From Polyangiaceae bacterium (GTDB lineage: Bacteria; Myxococcota_A; Polyangia; Polyangiales; Polyangiaceae), in contig CBDCTZ010000016.1 in NCBI GenBank assembly GCA_965222375.1, forward strand, positions 480,001 to 544,000: DNA of 64,000 nt. Reading direction: 5' to 3'. A program made the position numbers and the translations under genes. Under the pieces are notes generated by a model, which ran no database searches, was not told the origin of the DNA, and saw only the letters and a list, made by a program, of their open reading frames with translations. Each line of letters opens with the position of its first letter. Positions within the stretch are counted from its first letter, which is position 1. Shown one piece after another: positions 29,699 to 39,860 of the stretch.

Positions 29699-29728
29699 CA
29701 CAACGCCGTGGCGCGGCTCGCTGTTAAC
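29699..29728 (-). promoter_or_regulatory. Putative ECF sigma promoter GTTAAC-N17-CGTTGTG
   Basis: Both boxes conserved with the paralog B upstream region while the spacer diverges. Confidence 0.65.
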
Positions 29729-29814
29729 GCCGCAATCAAGAAAACGTGGAAGCACGCGATATTTCCAGGTGGTCGTGGGAGTTGGCCGCCCCGCACTGGC
29801 GCTTTCTTCAAATG

Positions 29815-29850
29815 AAAAAAGAGGGAGCCACCGGGCGCGGTGGCTCCCTC
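29815..29850 (-). terminator. Rho-independent terminator
   Basis: Same stem gagggagccacc/ggtggctccctc plus T6 on the minus strand. Confidence 0.9.
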
Positions 29851-29880
29851 AGGGCGGGGAGGAGGAGAAGATTGTGAGGA

Positions 29881-30465
29881 TCAGCTTGCGTCGATGGGCG
29901 TGACCGGCGCCGTCATGGCCTGAGCGCCTTTCTTGCCAAACTTACCGAACTTGCCGCGCTTGCCCTTGCGCGCTTTCTTGCCCTTGCGAGCCTTCTTGTT
30001 CGCCTTGGCTTTGTACAATCCGCGCATGACCTTGGCTTGTTCGCTGGGTTTGAGGATCGTGCGCAGGGCGGCGACTCGACTGTCGCCCAGAGCGCGCGCC
30101 TTGGTGCGATTGACGTGCAATTTGTCCAGCGCGACCTTGAATGCCGCTTCATCGGTGCTCTTGCTCTGCAGCAGTTTCCGGATGGCCTGACGATGGGTCT
30201 TGCTGGCTGCGCGTAGCTTCTTCTTCTCGGCGCGATAGTGCTTGTTGATCGCGATGACCCGCTTGGCTCGTGCTTCATCGATGCCGGCTTTCTTCAGCTT
30301 GGCGAGGGCGCGTGCTTCGCGTTGAGCGGGAGTCATCTTGCCTGCGCGTTTCTTCGCGCGCTGCGCGGGGTGGGCTTTGCCGTTTGCGTTGCCGGGAGCT
30401 GCGAGAGCGGGGACAGCGAGGAGAGAGGCGGCGACGATGGCGGCGAGGGTAGTGCGTGCTTTCAT
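29881..30465 (-). CDS. Secreted, very basic helical protein (Spy/CpxP-like), paralog B
   Basis: Clear paralog of 29084-29665 (MKARTTLAA..., LKKAGIDEARA, ILKPSEQAK, KARKGKRGKFGK). Confidence 0.75.
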   Translation of the reverse strand: MKARTTLAAIVAASLLAVPALAAPGNANGKAHPAQRAKKRAGKMTPAQREARALAKLKKAGIDEARAKRVIAINKHYRAEKKKLRAASKTHRQAIRKLLQSKSTDEAAFKVALDKLHVNRTKARALGDSRVAALRTILKPSEQAKVMRGLYKAKANKKARKGKKARKGKRGKFGKFGKKGAQAMTAPVTPIDAS

Positions 30466-30498
30466 TTGAGTTTGCTCCTTGTTCGAAAAACTCATGAG

Positions 30499-30528
30499 CA
30501 CAACGCCGTCACCCAGACCGGCGTTAAC
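30499..30528 (-). promoter_or_regulatory. Putative ECF sigma promoter GTTAAC-N17-CGTTGTG
   Basis: Second copy, exactly 800 bp from the first and the same distance from its ATG. Confidence 0.65.
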
Positions 30529-30623
30529 AGGGTTTGAGAAATATCCCAAAACACTTAATAATTTCAGCTCTTTACAATGCGAATCGGTCGCGTCGAATTC
30601 GATGGGCTATGGTTTCCGCGGCC

Positions 30624-31094
30624 ATGGGTTCCGAGCAGGCGGAGAAGAAGGCAGAGAAGCTGGCGCGCCTGGATCAGGGCTTGGCGGTCGGTGTGCCCCA
30701 CAACAAGGCTCTAGGCCTCAAGTTCGTGGACTTCGAGGGCGCTACGGCTTGGCTCAAGTTGCCCTATGACGAGCGGCTCGTTGGCAACCCGCATACCGGG
30801 ATCCTCCACGGCGGCGCGATCACATCCATGTTGGACGCAGCGTGCGGGGCCGCTGTGTTCCTGAAACTTCAAGCATTCAGTCCGATTGCCACGCTGGACC
30901 TCAGGATCGACTACCTGAAGTCGGGGCAAGCCGGGCGAGACGTCTTGTGTCGAACCGAATGCTACAAGCTGACACGCCACATCGCGTTCGCCCGCGGCAT
31001 CGCCTATTACGACGACGAATCCGACCCCATTGCTTGTGCAACGGGCACCTTCGCCGTCAAGACCAAGGGCCCACCCATCCCGGGGACGCACTGA
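30624..31094 (+). CDS. PaaI family (hotdog) thioesterase
   Basis: GNPHTGILHGGAITSMLDAACG, ATLDLRIDYL. Confidence 0.92.
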   Translation: MGSEQAEKKAEKLARLDQGLAVGVPHNKALGLKFVDFEGATAWLKLPYDERLVGNPHTGILHGGAITSMLDAACGAAVFLKLQAFSPIATLDLRIDYLKSGQAGRDVLCRTECYKLTRHIAFARGIAYYDDESDPIACATGTFAVKTKGPPIPGTH

Positions 31095-31096
31095 CC

Positions 31097-31588
31097 ATGT
31101 CGACCCCCTTGCTAGAGCTGGTAGAGCAAGCGCAGACGAGCGGCGACTTCTCCTCGTTCATCGAAGCTGTCCCGTACTGGCGCTTCATGGGTCTTTCCGC
31201 TCGGTTGAAAGACGGCGAACTCCAGGGGGTGCTCAGCTACTCCGACAAGCTGATCGGCAATCCAGTCCTTCCTGCGCTTCACGGCGGCACGATCGGGGCT
31301 TTGTTGGAGACCACCGCCGTCTTGGAGCTGTTCAATCAAGCTGAAACAGTCGTGATTCCCAAGACCATCAACCTGACCGTGGCCTACCTGCGCTCCGGAA
31401 GGCCGGTAGACACCTATGCAGCGGCGCGAATTACCAAGCAGGGTCGTCGGGTGATTGCCGTGCAGGTCGAAGCTTGGCAGGACGACCGACAACGACCCAT
31501 CGCTAGCGCGAGCGCTAACTTCTTGATCACGCCCGCTCAATCGGCCTCGGAGCAGCAGGGCGAGATTAGTGCTCCGAAGCCGCGCTGA
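31097..31588 (+). CDS. PaaI family (hotdog) thioesterase
   Basis: GNPVLPALHGGTIGALLE, PKTINLTVAYLRSG. Confidence 0.92.
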   Translation: MSTPLLELVEQAQTSGDFSSFIEAVPYWRFMGLSARLKDGELQGVLSYSDKLIGNPVLPALHGGTIGALLETTAVLELFNQAETVVIPKTINLTVAYLRSGRPVDTYAAARITKQGRRVIAVQVEAWQDDRQRPIASASANFLITPAQSASEQQGEISAPKPR

Positions 31589-31729
31589 GCCGCGACCCAA
31601 CCCCTAAAGCAGCCAAAAGTACGCCCTATTTTTTCCGGCGCGTTGCACGCTTTTAGGTTATGAAGGCCGCCTCCGAGTTCCCCATTGCGCGGGGTTGTGA
31701 GGCCCTGGCAGGAGCATCGGTGCTCCCAC

Positions 31730-33310
31730 ATGATCATCGCAATCCCCACAGAGGTTCGTCCGGGTGAGCGCCGAGTCGCCGCAACCCCAGACACCGCGGC
31801 GCGCCTGCAGAAGTTGGGGTTCGAAGTCAGCGTCCAAGCTGGCGCTGGTGAGGGCGCATCGTTTACGGATAGCGCCTACGAAGCGGCAGGCTGCAAGGTC
31901 GTCAGCGACGTGGCCGAGCTCTGGGGGTCGGCGGACATCGTGCTCAAGGTCCAACCGCCCGACGAGCTGCCAGACACGGACGCTTATCGAGGCAGCGGCA
32001 AGAAGCACGAGGCCGAGCTACTGAAAGAAGGCGCGACGCTGATCAGTTTCATCTGGCCCGCGAAGGCCGAGGAACTGATCACCCGCCTCGAAGCGAGCAA
32101 GGCGACGGTCATCGCGATCGATCAAGTGCCGCGCATCACTCGCGCGCAGAAGATGGATGCTCTGAGCTCCATGGCGAACATCGCCGGCTATCGGTCCGTG
32201 ATCGAAGCCGCGAGCTTTTTTGGCCGCTTCTTCACCGGTCAAATGACCGCCGCCGGAAAGGTGCCGCCGGCGAAAGTGTTGGTCATTGGAGCCGGTGTGG
32301 CTGGCCTGGCTGCCATCGGCGCTGCGCGCAGTTTGGGCGCGATCGTGCGTGCTTTTGATACGCGACCCGAGGTCAAGGACCAAGTCAAGAGCATGGGTGC
32401 GGAGTTCCTCGAGCTGGACTTCGAGGAGGATGGCACTGGGGAAGGTGGCTACGCCAAAGTGATGAGCCCAGAGTTCATCAAGGCGGAGATGGAGCTCTTC
32501 GCCAAGCAAGCCAGCGACGTCGACATCATCATCACGACGGCTCTCGTGCCTGGCCGCCCTGCGCCCAATCTGCTGCCTCGGGACGTGGCCGAAAAGATGA
32601 AGCCAGGTTCGGTGATTGTTGACCTGGCGGCGGAGTCGGGAGGCAATTGCGAGCTCACCAAGCCCGGAGAAGTGATCACCGAAAAGGGCATCACCATCAT
32701 CGGCTACATCGACTTGCCGAGTCGTTTGGCGCCCACGGCGAGCCAGCTATACGGCTCCAACCTGTATCATCTGCTTGCGGACATGGGCGGTGCCAAGAGT
32801 TGGCATATCGATCTCGAGGACGAGGTCGTACGTGGCGCTCTCGTACTTCTTGACGGCGAATTGATGTGGCCGCCGCCCAAGAAAGACTCACCGCCTGTCC
32901 CACAGCCCAAGCCACCCAGCGTGCTGCCGCCGTCGCTGGCTCCAAAAGCACCGGAGCCGAAGAAGAAGTCTGGCACCGGCAGCGCCGTGTTGTTGGTCTT
33001 GGCTGTCGTCTTTGCCGCTCTGGGTTTCGTGGCTCCTGCCGGATTCTTGTCGCACCTCACCGTTTTCGTGCTCGCGTGCTTCGTCGGGTGGCAGGTGGTT
33101 TGGAATGTGACACCCGCTTTGCACACGCCGCTGATGAGCGTCACCAACGCCATTAGCGGCATCATCATCGTGGGTGGGATGCTTCAGATCTCAGGGCCGA
33201 CGACGTCACCGGTGACGATTCTGGGTGCCATCGCCGTGTTGATTGCGACCATCAACATTGCAGGTGGCTTTCTCGTGACGCAGCGCATGCTGAAGATGTT
33301 CCAGAAGTAG
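31730..33310 (+). CDS. pntA: NAD(P) transhydrogenase subunit alpha
   Basis: [56 protein letters not shown]. Confidence 0.98.
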   Translation: MIIAIPTEVRPGERRVAATPDTAARLQKLGFEVSVQAGAGEGASFTDSAYEAAGCKVVSDVAELWGSADIVLKVQPPDELPDTDAYRGSGKKHEAELLKEGATLISFIWPAKAEELITRLEASKATVIAIDQVPRITRAQKMDALSSMANIAGYRSVIEAASFFGRFFTGQMTAAGKVPPAKVLVIGAGVAGLAAIGAARSLGAIVRAFDTRPEVKDQVKSMGAEFLELDFEEDGTGEGGYAKVMSPEFIKAEMELFAKQASDVDIIITTALVPGRPAPNLLPRDVAEKMKPGSVIVDLAAESGGNCELTKPGEVITEKGITIIGYIDLPSRLAPTASQLYGSNLYHLLADMGGAKSWHIDLEDEVVRGALVLLDGELMWPPPKKDSPPVPQPKPPSVLPPSLAPKAPEPKKKSGTGSAVLLVLAVVFAALGFVAPAGFLSHLTVFVLACFVGWQVVWNVTPALHTPLMSVTNAISGIIIVGGMLQISGPTTSPVTILGAIAVLIATINIAGGFLVTQRMLKMFQK

Positions 33311-33312
33311 CC

Positions 33313-34743
33313 ATGCCCAATAGCCTCGTCACAACCGCCTACCTAGCCGCGGGCGTTCTGTTCATCCTGAGCTTGGGTGGTCTTTCCCGACAAGAGACCG
33401 CGCGCCGAGGAAACACTCTCGGCATCATTGGCATGTTGATCGCTTTGGCGGCCACTGCAGCCGGCGGCCATGTGAGCGGCCAAGGTTATGGGATCTTGGC
33501 TGGCGCCATTGGTATTGGCGCCGTGGTCGGGGCTGTGCTTGCCATGCGCGTCGCCATGACGAGCATGCCCGAGTTGGTTGCGATTCTGCACAGCTTCGTC
33601 GGCGCTGCCGCAGTGCTCGTGGGCTTTGCGAGCTACTTGGACCCGAACAACCAGCTCTCGGGAACAGAAGCCATCATTCATGAGGTGGAGGTGTTCTTGG
33701 GCATCTTCATCGGTTCCATCACCTTCACCGGAAGCGTGATCGCCTTTGGCAAACTTCGCGGCAAGATCGGAAGCAAGCCGCTGATGCTTCCGGCGCGGCA
33801 TTGGATCAATCTTCTGATGCTGGCTGCTTGCCTGGTGTTTGGCTGGCAGTTTCTGACCGGATCTCACGCCGAAGGGGTGCAGCCTCTGATCCTGATGACA
33901 GTGGTCTCCGGCATCATCGGTATCCACCTGGTGATGGCTATTGGCGGCGCGGACATGCCCGTCGTGGTCAGCATGCTCAACAGCTACTCGGGTTGGGCTG
34001 CTAGCGCGGCGGGCTTCATGCTCGCGAACGACTTGCTGATCATTACTGGAGCTCTCGTCGGTTCCAGCGGCGCCATCCTTTCCTACATCATGTGTCGAGC
34101 CATGAACCGCTCGTTTATCAGCGTCATCCTTGGCGGTTTCGGTGCCGAGGAGGGCAAGGCGCCTGCCAAGCGGAGCGGCGAGCCCCAGGGCGAGGTGGTC
34201 AGCGTGGACGCCAAGGAGACGGCCGAGCTGCTGGCGGACGCGAAAAGCGTGGTGGTCGTGCCGGGCTACGGGATGGCCGTTGCCCAGGCGCAGTATCCCC
34301 TCTGGGAAGTCGCTCAGCTGCTCAACGAAAAGGGCACCAACGTGCGCTTCGCGATCCACCCGGTCGCGGGTCGCTTGCCGGGGCACATGAACGTGCTCTT
34401 GGCCGAAGCCAAGGTTCCCTACGATGTCGTGCTGGAGATGGACGAGATCAACGAAGACTTCCCGGATACGGACGTTGTGTTGGTGATCGGCGCGAACGAC
34501 ATCGTGAACCCCGGTGCTCAAGACGACCCCCAAAGCCCCATCTACGGCATGCCGGTGTTGGAAGTCTGGAAGAACAAGACCACCATCGTGATGAAGCGTG
34601 GCATGGCCAGTGGCTACGCCGGCGTGGAAAACCCACTCTTCTTCATGGACAACACCCGTATGTTGTTTGGGGATGCGAAAAAGACCGTGACAGAGATCTT
34701 GACGCATCTCCGCTCTGCCGCCGAGTCCGAAGAAGCCGCCTGA
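33313..34743 (+). CDS. pntB: NAD(P) transhydrogenase subunit beta
   Basis: [61 protein letters not shown]. Confidence 0.98.
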   Translation: MPNSLVTTAYLAAGVLFILSLGGLSRQETARRGNTLGIIGMLIALAATAAGGHVSGQGYGILAGAIGIGAVVGAVLAMRVAMTSMPELVAILHSFVGAAAVLVGFASYLDPNNQLSGTEAIIHEVEVFLGIFIGSITFTGSVIAFGKLRGKIGSKPLMLPARHWINLLMLAACLVFGWQFLTGSHAEGVQPLILMTVVSGIIGIHLVMAIGGADMPVVVSMLNSYSGWAASAAGFMLANDLLIITGALVGSSGAILSYIMCRAMNRSFISVILGGFGAEEGKAPAKRSGEPQGEVVSVDAKETAELLADAKSVVVVPGYGMAVAQAQYPLWEVAQLLNEKGTNVRFAIHPVAGRLPGHMNVLLAEAKVPYDVVLEMDEINEDFPDTDVVLVIGANDIVNPGAQDDPQSPIYGMPVLEVWKNKTTIVMKRGMASGYAGVENPLFFMDNTRMLFGDAKKTVTEILTHLRSAAESEEAA

Positions 34744-34753
34744 GCGCAGCGGA

Positions 34754-35410
34754 CTAGAGGCGGTACAGGTAGGGCGCTGCCGGAACCCGCGCCACCTGCC
34801 CGGTGAGCAGGCGCCCGACTAGTTCCGGTTGGGTCACGACCGCAAGGGGCACCACCCGTGCTGCCCTCGGGCGCACTTCGACCAGGTAGCGAGCGCCCTG
34901 CGCCTCTGCCACGAACAGCTCTGGGGCTGCACTGATCCGCTTTGCCACTTCTTCCATCGCTCCGCGAAGTGCAGCTTCGTCTCGGTATTGGATGGGCAGC
35001 TGGATCGCGTCCTGCTCGAAATCGACGTCTTCCGGGTAGACCGCCGCGCTGAGCAACGCTTCCAGCATGCCCACCGGATCTCGCGCGGGTCGGACGGTCG
35101 CCATTTCGTCCAAGGGAAGCTCTACCGGGGTGTCGAGGCGGTCCGTTGGTCGCTCCTCCACCCGGGAGCGGATGACCCGACGGTTGGCCGCCTGGAAGAG
35201 CTGATAGTGTCGAAAGCCGTCCTCGATGAGGGCGTTGCACTCGAGGTCTGGATGCTGGGTAACCAGTTGGCGCAGGGTGGCCTCGAAGGACTCCGCCGTA
35301 TGCAAACGTGAAGACAGCCGCTGGTTTGCGAACGCCACGATGCTGACCAGGGCCGCGTTCCGCTCGTCGTAGCGCCAATCGATGGTCGCACGCTGCACGT
35401 AGTACGGCAT
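34754..35410 (-). CDS. Hypothetical protein
   Basis: 218-aa ORF filling the gap, AGAGG upstream; no motif recognised. Confidence 0.6.
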   Translation of the reverse strand: MPYYVQRATIDWRYDERNAALVSIVAFANQRLSSRLHTAESFEATLRQLVTQHPDLECNALIEDGFRHYQLFQAANRRVIRSRVEERPTDRLDTPVELPLDEMATVRPARDPVGMLEALLSAAVYPEDVDFEQDAIQLPIQYRDEAALRGAMEEVAKRISAAPELFVAEAQGARYLVEVRPRAARVVPLAVVTQPELVGRLLTGQVARVPAAPYLYRL

Positions 35411-35723
35411 GCCCCCTCTACGTCACGACCCTGCTTGCACTTCCCCGAAAAGATCGAGTCTTGTCGGCGCGGATCCCGCGTTTTTTGTCGTGTTTCGGTC
35501 CGAAAGCAGTCTCAGCGTAGCTCGTGCCTTCGCCGTCTCCCACCGAGCACTGCCGAGCAGCGCGACGCGATACCGTGGTTTGCAGTCAGAGGAGAATCTC
35601 GAGGATCGGGTTTGCAGCCAACGGCTGCAGCCTACATCCGACACCTTCCGATTCAGACCGGTAAAAACCCCGCGGCTTTGTCGATGGAACGGAGCTTGCT
35701 GAGCCTTCGAGCGGGAGGCCCGA

Positions 35724-36077
35724 ATGCAAGCCATGAGCGCGGTAACCGATCTCCAACCAACCAAACCCACCTTCGACGTCGGAATTGGTCTGAAGAGCCA
35801 GGCGAACCTGTACCGCGGTTTCGACAGTGAAGCTCCCCTGGGCGTGTTCGTCCCAACCTGGAGCAACTACGCCGTTGGCACCCGAGTACAGGTCAGCGTC
35901 GATCTGCCCAACGCCCCGCGCATCGTCGCGGAAGCAGTCGTGCAGTGGGTTCGCGAGACTTCCCGGGAGAGCATGTGGCCCGGCCTGGGTTTGGCGTTCG
36001 TTGGCCTCAGTGACGACGAGCGTGCGGCGCTCGCCGACTTCTGCGAACTGCGCAGCCCGATGTTCTACGACGTGTGA
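35724..36077 (+). CDS. Myxobacterial PilZ-like domain protein
   Basis: 'SQANLYRGF...GVFVPT...VGTRV...AVVQWVR...PGLGLAFVGL...RSPMFYD' pattern. Confidence 0.8.
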   Translation: MQAMSAVTDLQPTKPTFDVGIGLKSQANLYRGFDSEAPLGVFVPTWSNYAVGTRVQVSVDLPNAPRIVAEAVVQWVRETSRESMWPGLGLAFVGLSDDERAALADFCELRSPMFYDV

Positions 36078-36178
36078 CTTCGAAGGCCACGCTCGAGCCA
36101 CGCGTGCGGCCTGAGTAGCTCTCCGGTTTGGCTCGAAATCCGCTCAAGGGATTCTCGGCCGAACCGTTTTCAAGGCGT

Positions 36179-37288
36179 ATGACGTCAGCTGTGAGGAAGT
36201 CAACCGGTCCGCCGCAGTCGGAAATTGGGGACGATGACCATCTGCGGCCGGCGGTGCCACTTGGAGAGCAAGCCAGGCTCGCGGCGCTCCAGACTACGGG
36301 GCTGCTCGAAACTCCCGCCGAAGAGCGTTTCGATCGCATCACCCGGCTCGCTCGCCGTACCTTCGGCGTTCCGATTGCACTGGTGAGCTTGGTGGATCAA
36401 TCGCGCCAGTGGTTCAAGTCATGTCAAGGTTTGCCCGTCCGCGAGACATCGAGGGAGATCTCCTTCTGCGGCCATGCCGTAGCGGCGAACGAGACACTTG
36501 TGGTTGGTGACACGACCTGCGACGCACGCTTCAGGAACAATCCGTTGGTCGCCTCCGAACCACACATTCGCTTCTACGCGGGCGAGCCAATCCGCTGCTC
36601 AGAGGGACGTCCCCTCGGCACACTCTGCATCATCGATCGGGTCGCCAGAGACTTCGACGAAGACGATCTAGCGACCCTCCAGGATTTGGCTCGGATGGTC
36701 GAAGAGCAGCTTGTTGCGTACAACGCCCACAGTGAACGTGGCGCCCTGCTCGCGGAGCTGGATGATACTCGGCGCCGTGCCCTGCTCGACGACTTGACGC
36801 TGATCTGGAACCGACGGGGCATTGACAGCGAGCTCCAACGCGAGCTCGAGCGCGCGAAACGCGAACATTCTACCTTGGCTGTTGCCCTGCTGGACGTCGA
36901 CTTCTTCAAGAAGGTGAATGACCAACACGGTCATGCGACCGGTGATGCCGTCCTACGGGAAGTTGCACAACGAATGCGAGGCGGCCTTCGCCCCTACGAT
37001 GCACTGGGCCGATACGGCGGTGAGGAGTTCCTCGCAGTACTCCCCGGTGCGACCGCCAAGGAGGCCGCGGCGATTGGCGACCGGATCCGGCGTCGGGTTG
37101 GAAGTCGCTTTGTGCGCTTCGAGCACCGCGAATTGAAGGTGACCGTGAGCGTCGGCGTAGCAGCAACTATTGCGGGCGCCGAAGCCGCGGGCTCACTCAT
37201 TGCGCGGGCCGACGCCGCGCTTTATCGGTCGAAATCCGACGGTCGGGATCGCGTGACTATCGCCGAGGAGACCGTGCCGGAGCAATAG
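36179..37288 (+). CDS. GAF-sensor diguanylate cyclase
   Basis: EERFDRITRLA...SFCGHA...IRFYAG (GAF); DVDFFKKVND.HGH..GD, RPYD I-site, RYGGEEF, ADAALY. Confidence 0.95.
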   Translation: MTSAVRKSTGPPQSEIGDDDHLRPAVPLGEQARLAALQTTGLLETPAEERFDRITRLARRTFGVPIALVSLVDQSRQWFKSCQGLPVRETSREISFCGHAVAANETLVVGDTTCDARFRNNPLVASEPHIRFYAGEPIRCSEGRPLGTLCIIDRVARDFDEDDLATLQDLARMVEEQLVAYNAHSERGALLAELDDTRRRALLDDLTLIWNRRGIDSELQRELERAKREHSTLAVALLDVDFFKKVNDQHGHATGDAVLREVAQRMRGGLRPYDALGRYGGEEFLAVLPGATAKEAAAIGDRIRRRVGSRFVRFEHRELKVTVSVGVAATIAGAEAAGSLIARADAALYRSKSDGRDRVTIAEETVPEQ

Positions 37289-37564
37289 CCGGCACTAACT
37301 GGGCTGTGGTAGCGGCGTAGTTCCGATATAGGTCTCACGGGAAGCAGCGCTGCCATGCCGCGGGGCGCAGCTCGTCCCGTACCAGGCCGGTGAGGCATTG
37401 GGAGTGCGTATTGGCGGGCAAGCCACTCCCAGCCCGTGGCTTTCTCTGGGTATCCAGGGCATTGGGGACCCGGCGCAGCCCAATGAGCGGCAATCTCCCG
37501 AAATTGGCTCGTGGGACCCTGGCGGTTTGAAAGCTGGTCGGGCTGCGCGTAAAGAGGGGCGGCT

Positions 37565-39235
37565 ATGGACTTCATCTACACGATGCAGGGGGTCACCAAG
37601 GTCCACCCCCCGGACAAGAAGGTATTGGAAGACATCACCCTGGCGTTCCTGCCGGGCGCCAAGATCGGCGTCATCGGCACGAACGGCAGCGGAAAGAGCT
37701 CGCTGCTCAAGATCATGGCGGGGGTGGATACGGATATCTACGGCGAGGCGCGGCCACATCCGGGAGTGAAGATTGGCTATTTCGCCCAGGAGCCGGAACT
37801 CGGTGATGCCAAGACGGTTCGGGAAGCTGTGGACCAAGCTGTCAGCGAAACTCGTCAACTGCTGACGGATTTCGAAGCGGTGAGCATGAAGCTCGGCGAG
37901 CCCATGGACGACGACGCCATGACCAAGCTCCTCGATCAGCAGGCCGCACTGCAAGACAAGATCGACGCGGCCGATGCCTGGACCCTCGACAACCGCGTCG
38001 AGGTTGCGATGGAAGCTCTGCGCCTGCCACCCGCAGATGCGGAGCTCTCGGTGTTGTCGGGCGGAGAGAAACGCCGAGTGGCGCTGTGCAAGATTCTTCT
38101 GGGGCGTCCAGACATGCTGCTCTTGGATGAGCCCACGAACCACTTGGATGCCGAGAGCGTGGCTTGGCTCGAGCGCTTCTTGCACGACTACCCGGGCACG
38201 GTCGTGGCGGTGACGCACGACCGCTATTTCTTGGACGACGTTGCCGAGTGGATTCTGGAGATGGATCGCGGACGAGGCTATCCTTTCAAGGGCAACTACA
38301 GCGGATGGTTGGAGCAGAAGGCCGCGCGGCTGGCCCAAGACGAAAAGCAGGAGAGCGCGCGGCAGCGCAAGCTGAAGCAGGAGCTTCAGTGGGTGCGAGC
38401 GTCACCGCGAGCGCGTCAGGCCAAGAGCAAGGCTCGCCTCAACGCCTACGAAGAGTTGCTCAATGCGTCCAACAAGGGAGTCGCAGATCCCGCGGAGATC
38501 AGTATTCCGCCCGGACCCCGCCTGGGTGACATGGTCATCGAGGCCGATCATTTGAGTAAAGGCTTCGGGGATCGTCTGCTGATTGATGACTTGACCTTCC
38601 GGCTACCTCGCAGCGGTATCGTTGGCGTGATCGGGCCAAACGGCGCCGGCAAGACGACTCTCTTCCGCATGTTGGTGGATCAGGAGAAGCCCGATGGCGG
38701 TGAGTTGAAGGTGGGTGAGACGGTCAAGATTGCCTACGTGGATCAAAGCCGCGAAAGCCTGGACGGTGACAAGAACGTCTGGGAGGAGATCAGCGACGGC
38801 AAGGAAAAGATCGAGCTGGGCAAGCGCGAGGTGAGTACTCGCGCTTACTGCGGCTGGTTCGGCTTCAAAGGCGCCGAGCAGCAGAAGAAAGTCGGCACTC
38901 TCTCCGGGGGAGAACGAAACCGCGTGCAGCTCGCCAAGCTGCTCAAAGAAGGTGGCAACCTGTTGCTGTTGGACGAGCCGACCAACGATCTAGATGTCGA
39001 TACACTGCGCGGCGTCGAGGAAGCTCTGTTGGACTTTCCCGGTTGCGCCGTGGTGGTCAGCCATGATCGCTGGTTTTTGGATCGAATCGCCACACATATC
39101 ATGGCCTTCGAAGGCGATAGCCATGTGGAGTGGTTTGAGGGCAACTACCAGGCTTACGAAGTGGATCGAAAGCGGAGGCTTGGCATCACCGACGACCAAC
39201 CACACCGCATCAAGTACAAGAAGTTGGAGCGCTAG
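37565..39235 (+). CDS. ettA: Energy-dependent translational throttle ABC-F ATPase
   Basis: 556 aa, two ABC domains, [20 protein letters not shown] linker, [10 protein letters not shown]-terminus. Confidence 0.97.
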   Translation: MDFIYTMQGVTKVHPPDKKVLEDITLAFLPGAKIGVIGTNGSGKSSLLKIMAGVDTDIYGEARPHPGVKIGYFAQEPELGDAKTVREAVDQAVSETRQLLTDFEAVSMKLGEPMDDDAMTKLLDQQAALQDKIDAADAWTLDNRVEVAMEALRLPPADAELSVLSGGEKRRVALCKILLGRPDMLLLDEPTNHLDAESVAWLERFLHDYPGTVVAVTHDRYFLDDVAEWILEMDRGRGYPFKGNYSGWLEQKAARLAQDEKQESARQRKLKQELQWVRASPRARQAKSKARLNAYEELLNASNKGVADPAEISIPPGPRLGDMVIEADHLSKGFGDRLLIDDLTFRLPRSGIVGVIGPNGAGKTTLFRMLVDQEKPDGGELKVGETVKIAYVDQSRESLDGDKNVWEEISDGKEKIELGKREVSTRAYCGWFGFKGAEQQKKVGTLSGGERNRVQLAKLLKEGGNLLLLDEPTNDLDVDTLRGVEEALLDFPGCAVVVSHDRWFLDRIATHIMAFEGDSHVEWFEGNYQAYEVDRKRRLGITDDQPHRIKYKKLER

Positions 39236-39262
39236 AGCGCGCAGGCGCGCGAGGAGGCCAGG

Positions 39263-39691
39263 ATGCTAGCCGACGAAATCAAAAAGCAGATGTTTGCGGC
39301 CATGAAGGCCAAGCAGACTGTCGAAAAGGAGATCCTGCGGGTGGCGCTGGGCGAAATCACCATGGAAGAAGCTCGCGGCAAGAGCAGCGACGCGGTGACC
39401 GAAGGCATTCTCCGCAAATTGGTGAAGTCCAACCGCGAGACCTTGGCGAGTTCGGCGGACGAGGAACAGAAAGTCGTGTTGCAGCAAGAGATCGACATTC
39501 TCGAGTCGTTCTTGCCCAAGAGCCTCAGCGTAGACGAGATCGTGGCTGCGCTCGCACCGGTCGCTGACGCGATCAAAGAAGCCAAGGCCGATGGGCCCGC
39601 CACGGGCATCGCCATGAAGCACCTCAAGCAAAGCGGCGCGGTCGTGGAAGGCCGTGATGTGGGTGCGGCTGTGAAGCAGTTGCGGAGCTGA
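39263..39691 (+). CDS. GatB/YqeY domain protein
   Basis: AMKAK...ILR, EIDILESFLPKSLS, GIAMK...VEG. Confidence 0.9.
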   Translation: MLADEIKKQMFAAMKAKQTVEKEILRVALGEITMEEARGKSSDAVTEGILRKLVKSNRETLASSADEEQKVVLQQEIDILESFLPKSLSVDEIVAALAPVADAIKEAKADGPATGIAMKHLKQSGAVVEGRDVGAAVKQLRS

Positions 39692-39773
39692 CTTCGTGCT
39701 CCTGCATCGGCCATGTGTTCGCTTGGGAAATCCGCTTTAATTTTAGGCACTTAACAGTTCTGGGGCATGGCGG

Positions 39774-39857
39774 ACTACTAGTGATCGACTAATGTTCTTC
39801 ATATTAGTAGATACCAACTACTAATATACTACCATCCTAGTAGTTATCTAGGAGTAG
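39774..39857. promoter_or_regulatory. AT-rich palindromic operator-like region upstream of Fic gene
   Basis: Perfect IR ATATTAGTAG-7nt-CTACTAATAT (39801-39827), extra CTACTA/TAGTAG half-sites at 39775 and 39838, and TCCTAG...CTAGGA overlapping the RBS. Confidence 0.65.
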
Positions 39858-39860
39858 CTG

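Noticed and set aside
33343..34707. Long antisense ORFs (also 37295-38338, 7777-8859, 10618-11781, 2808-3563, 58364-59383)
   Set aside because: Shadows of well-supported genes on the opposite strand, expected from high GC and Gly-codon repeats; no motifs of their own.
37289..37564. Riboswitch or ncRNA upstream of ettA
   Set aside because: Only short GC hairpins; no recognisable aptamer consensus by eye.
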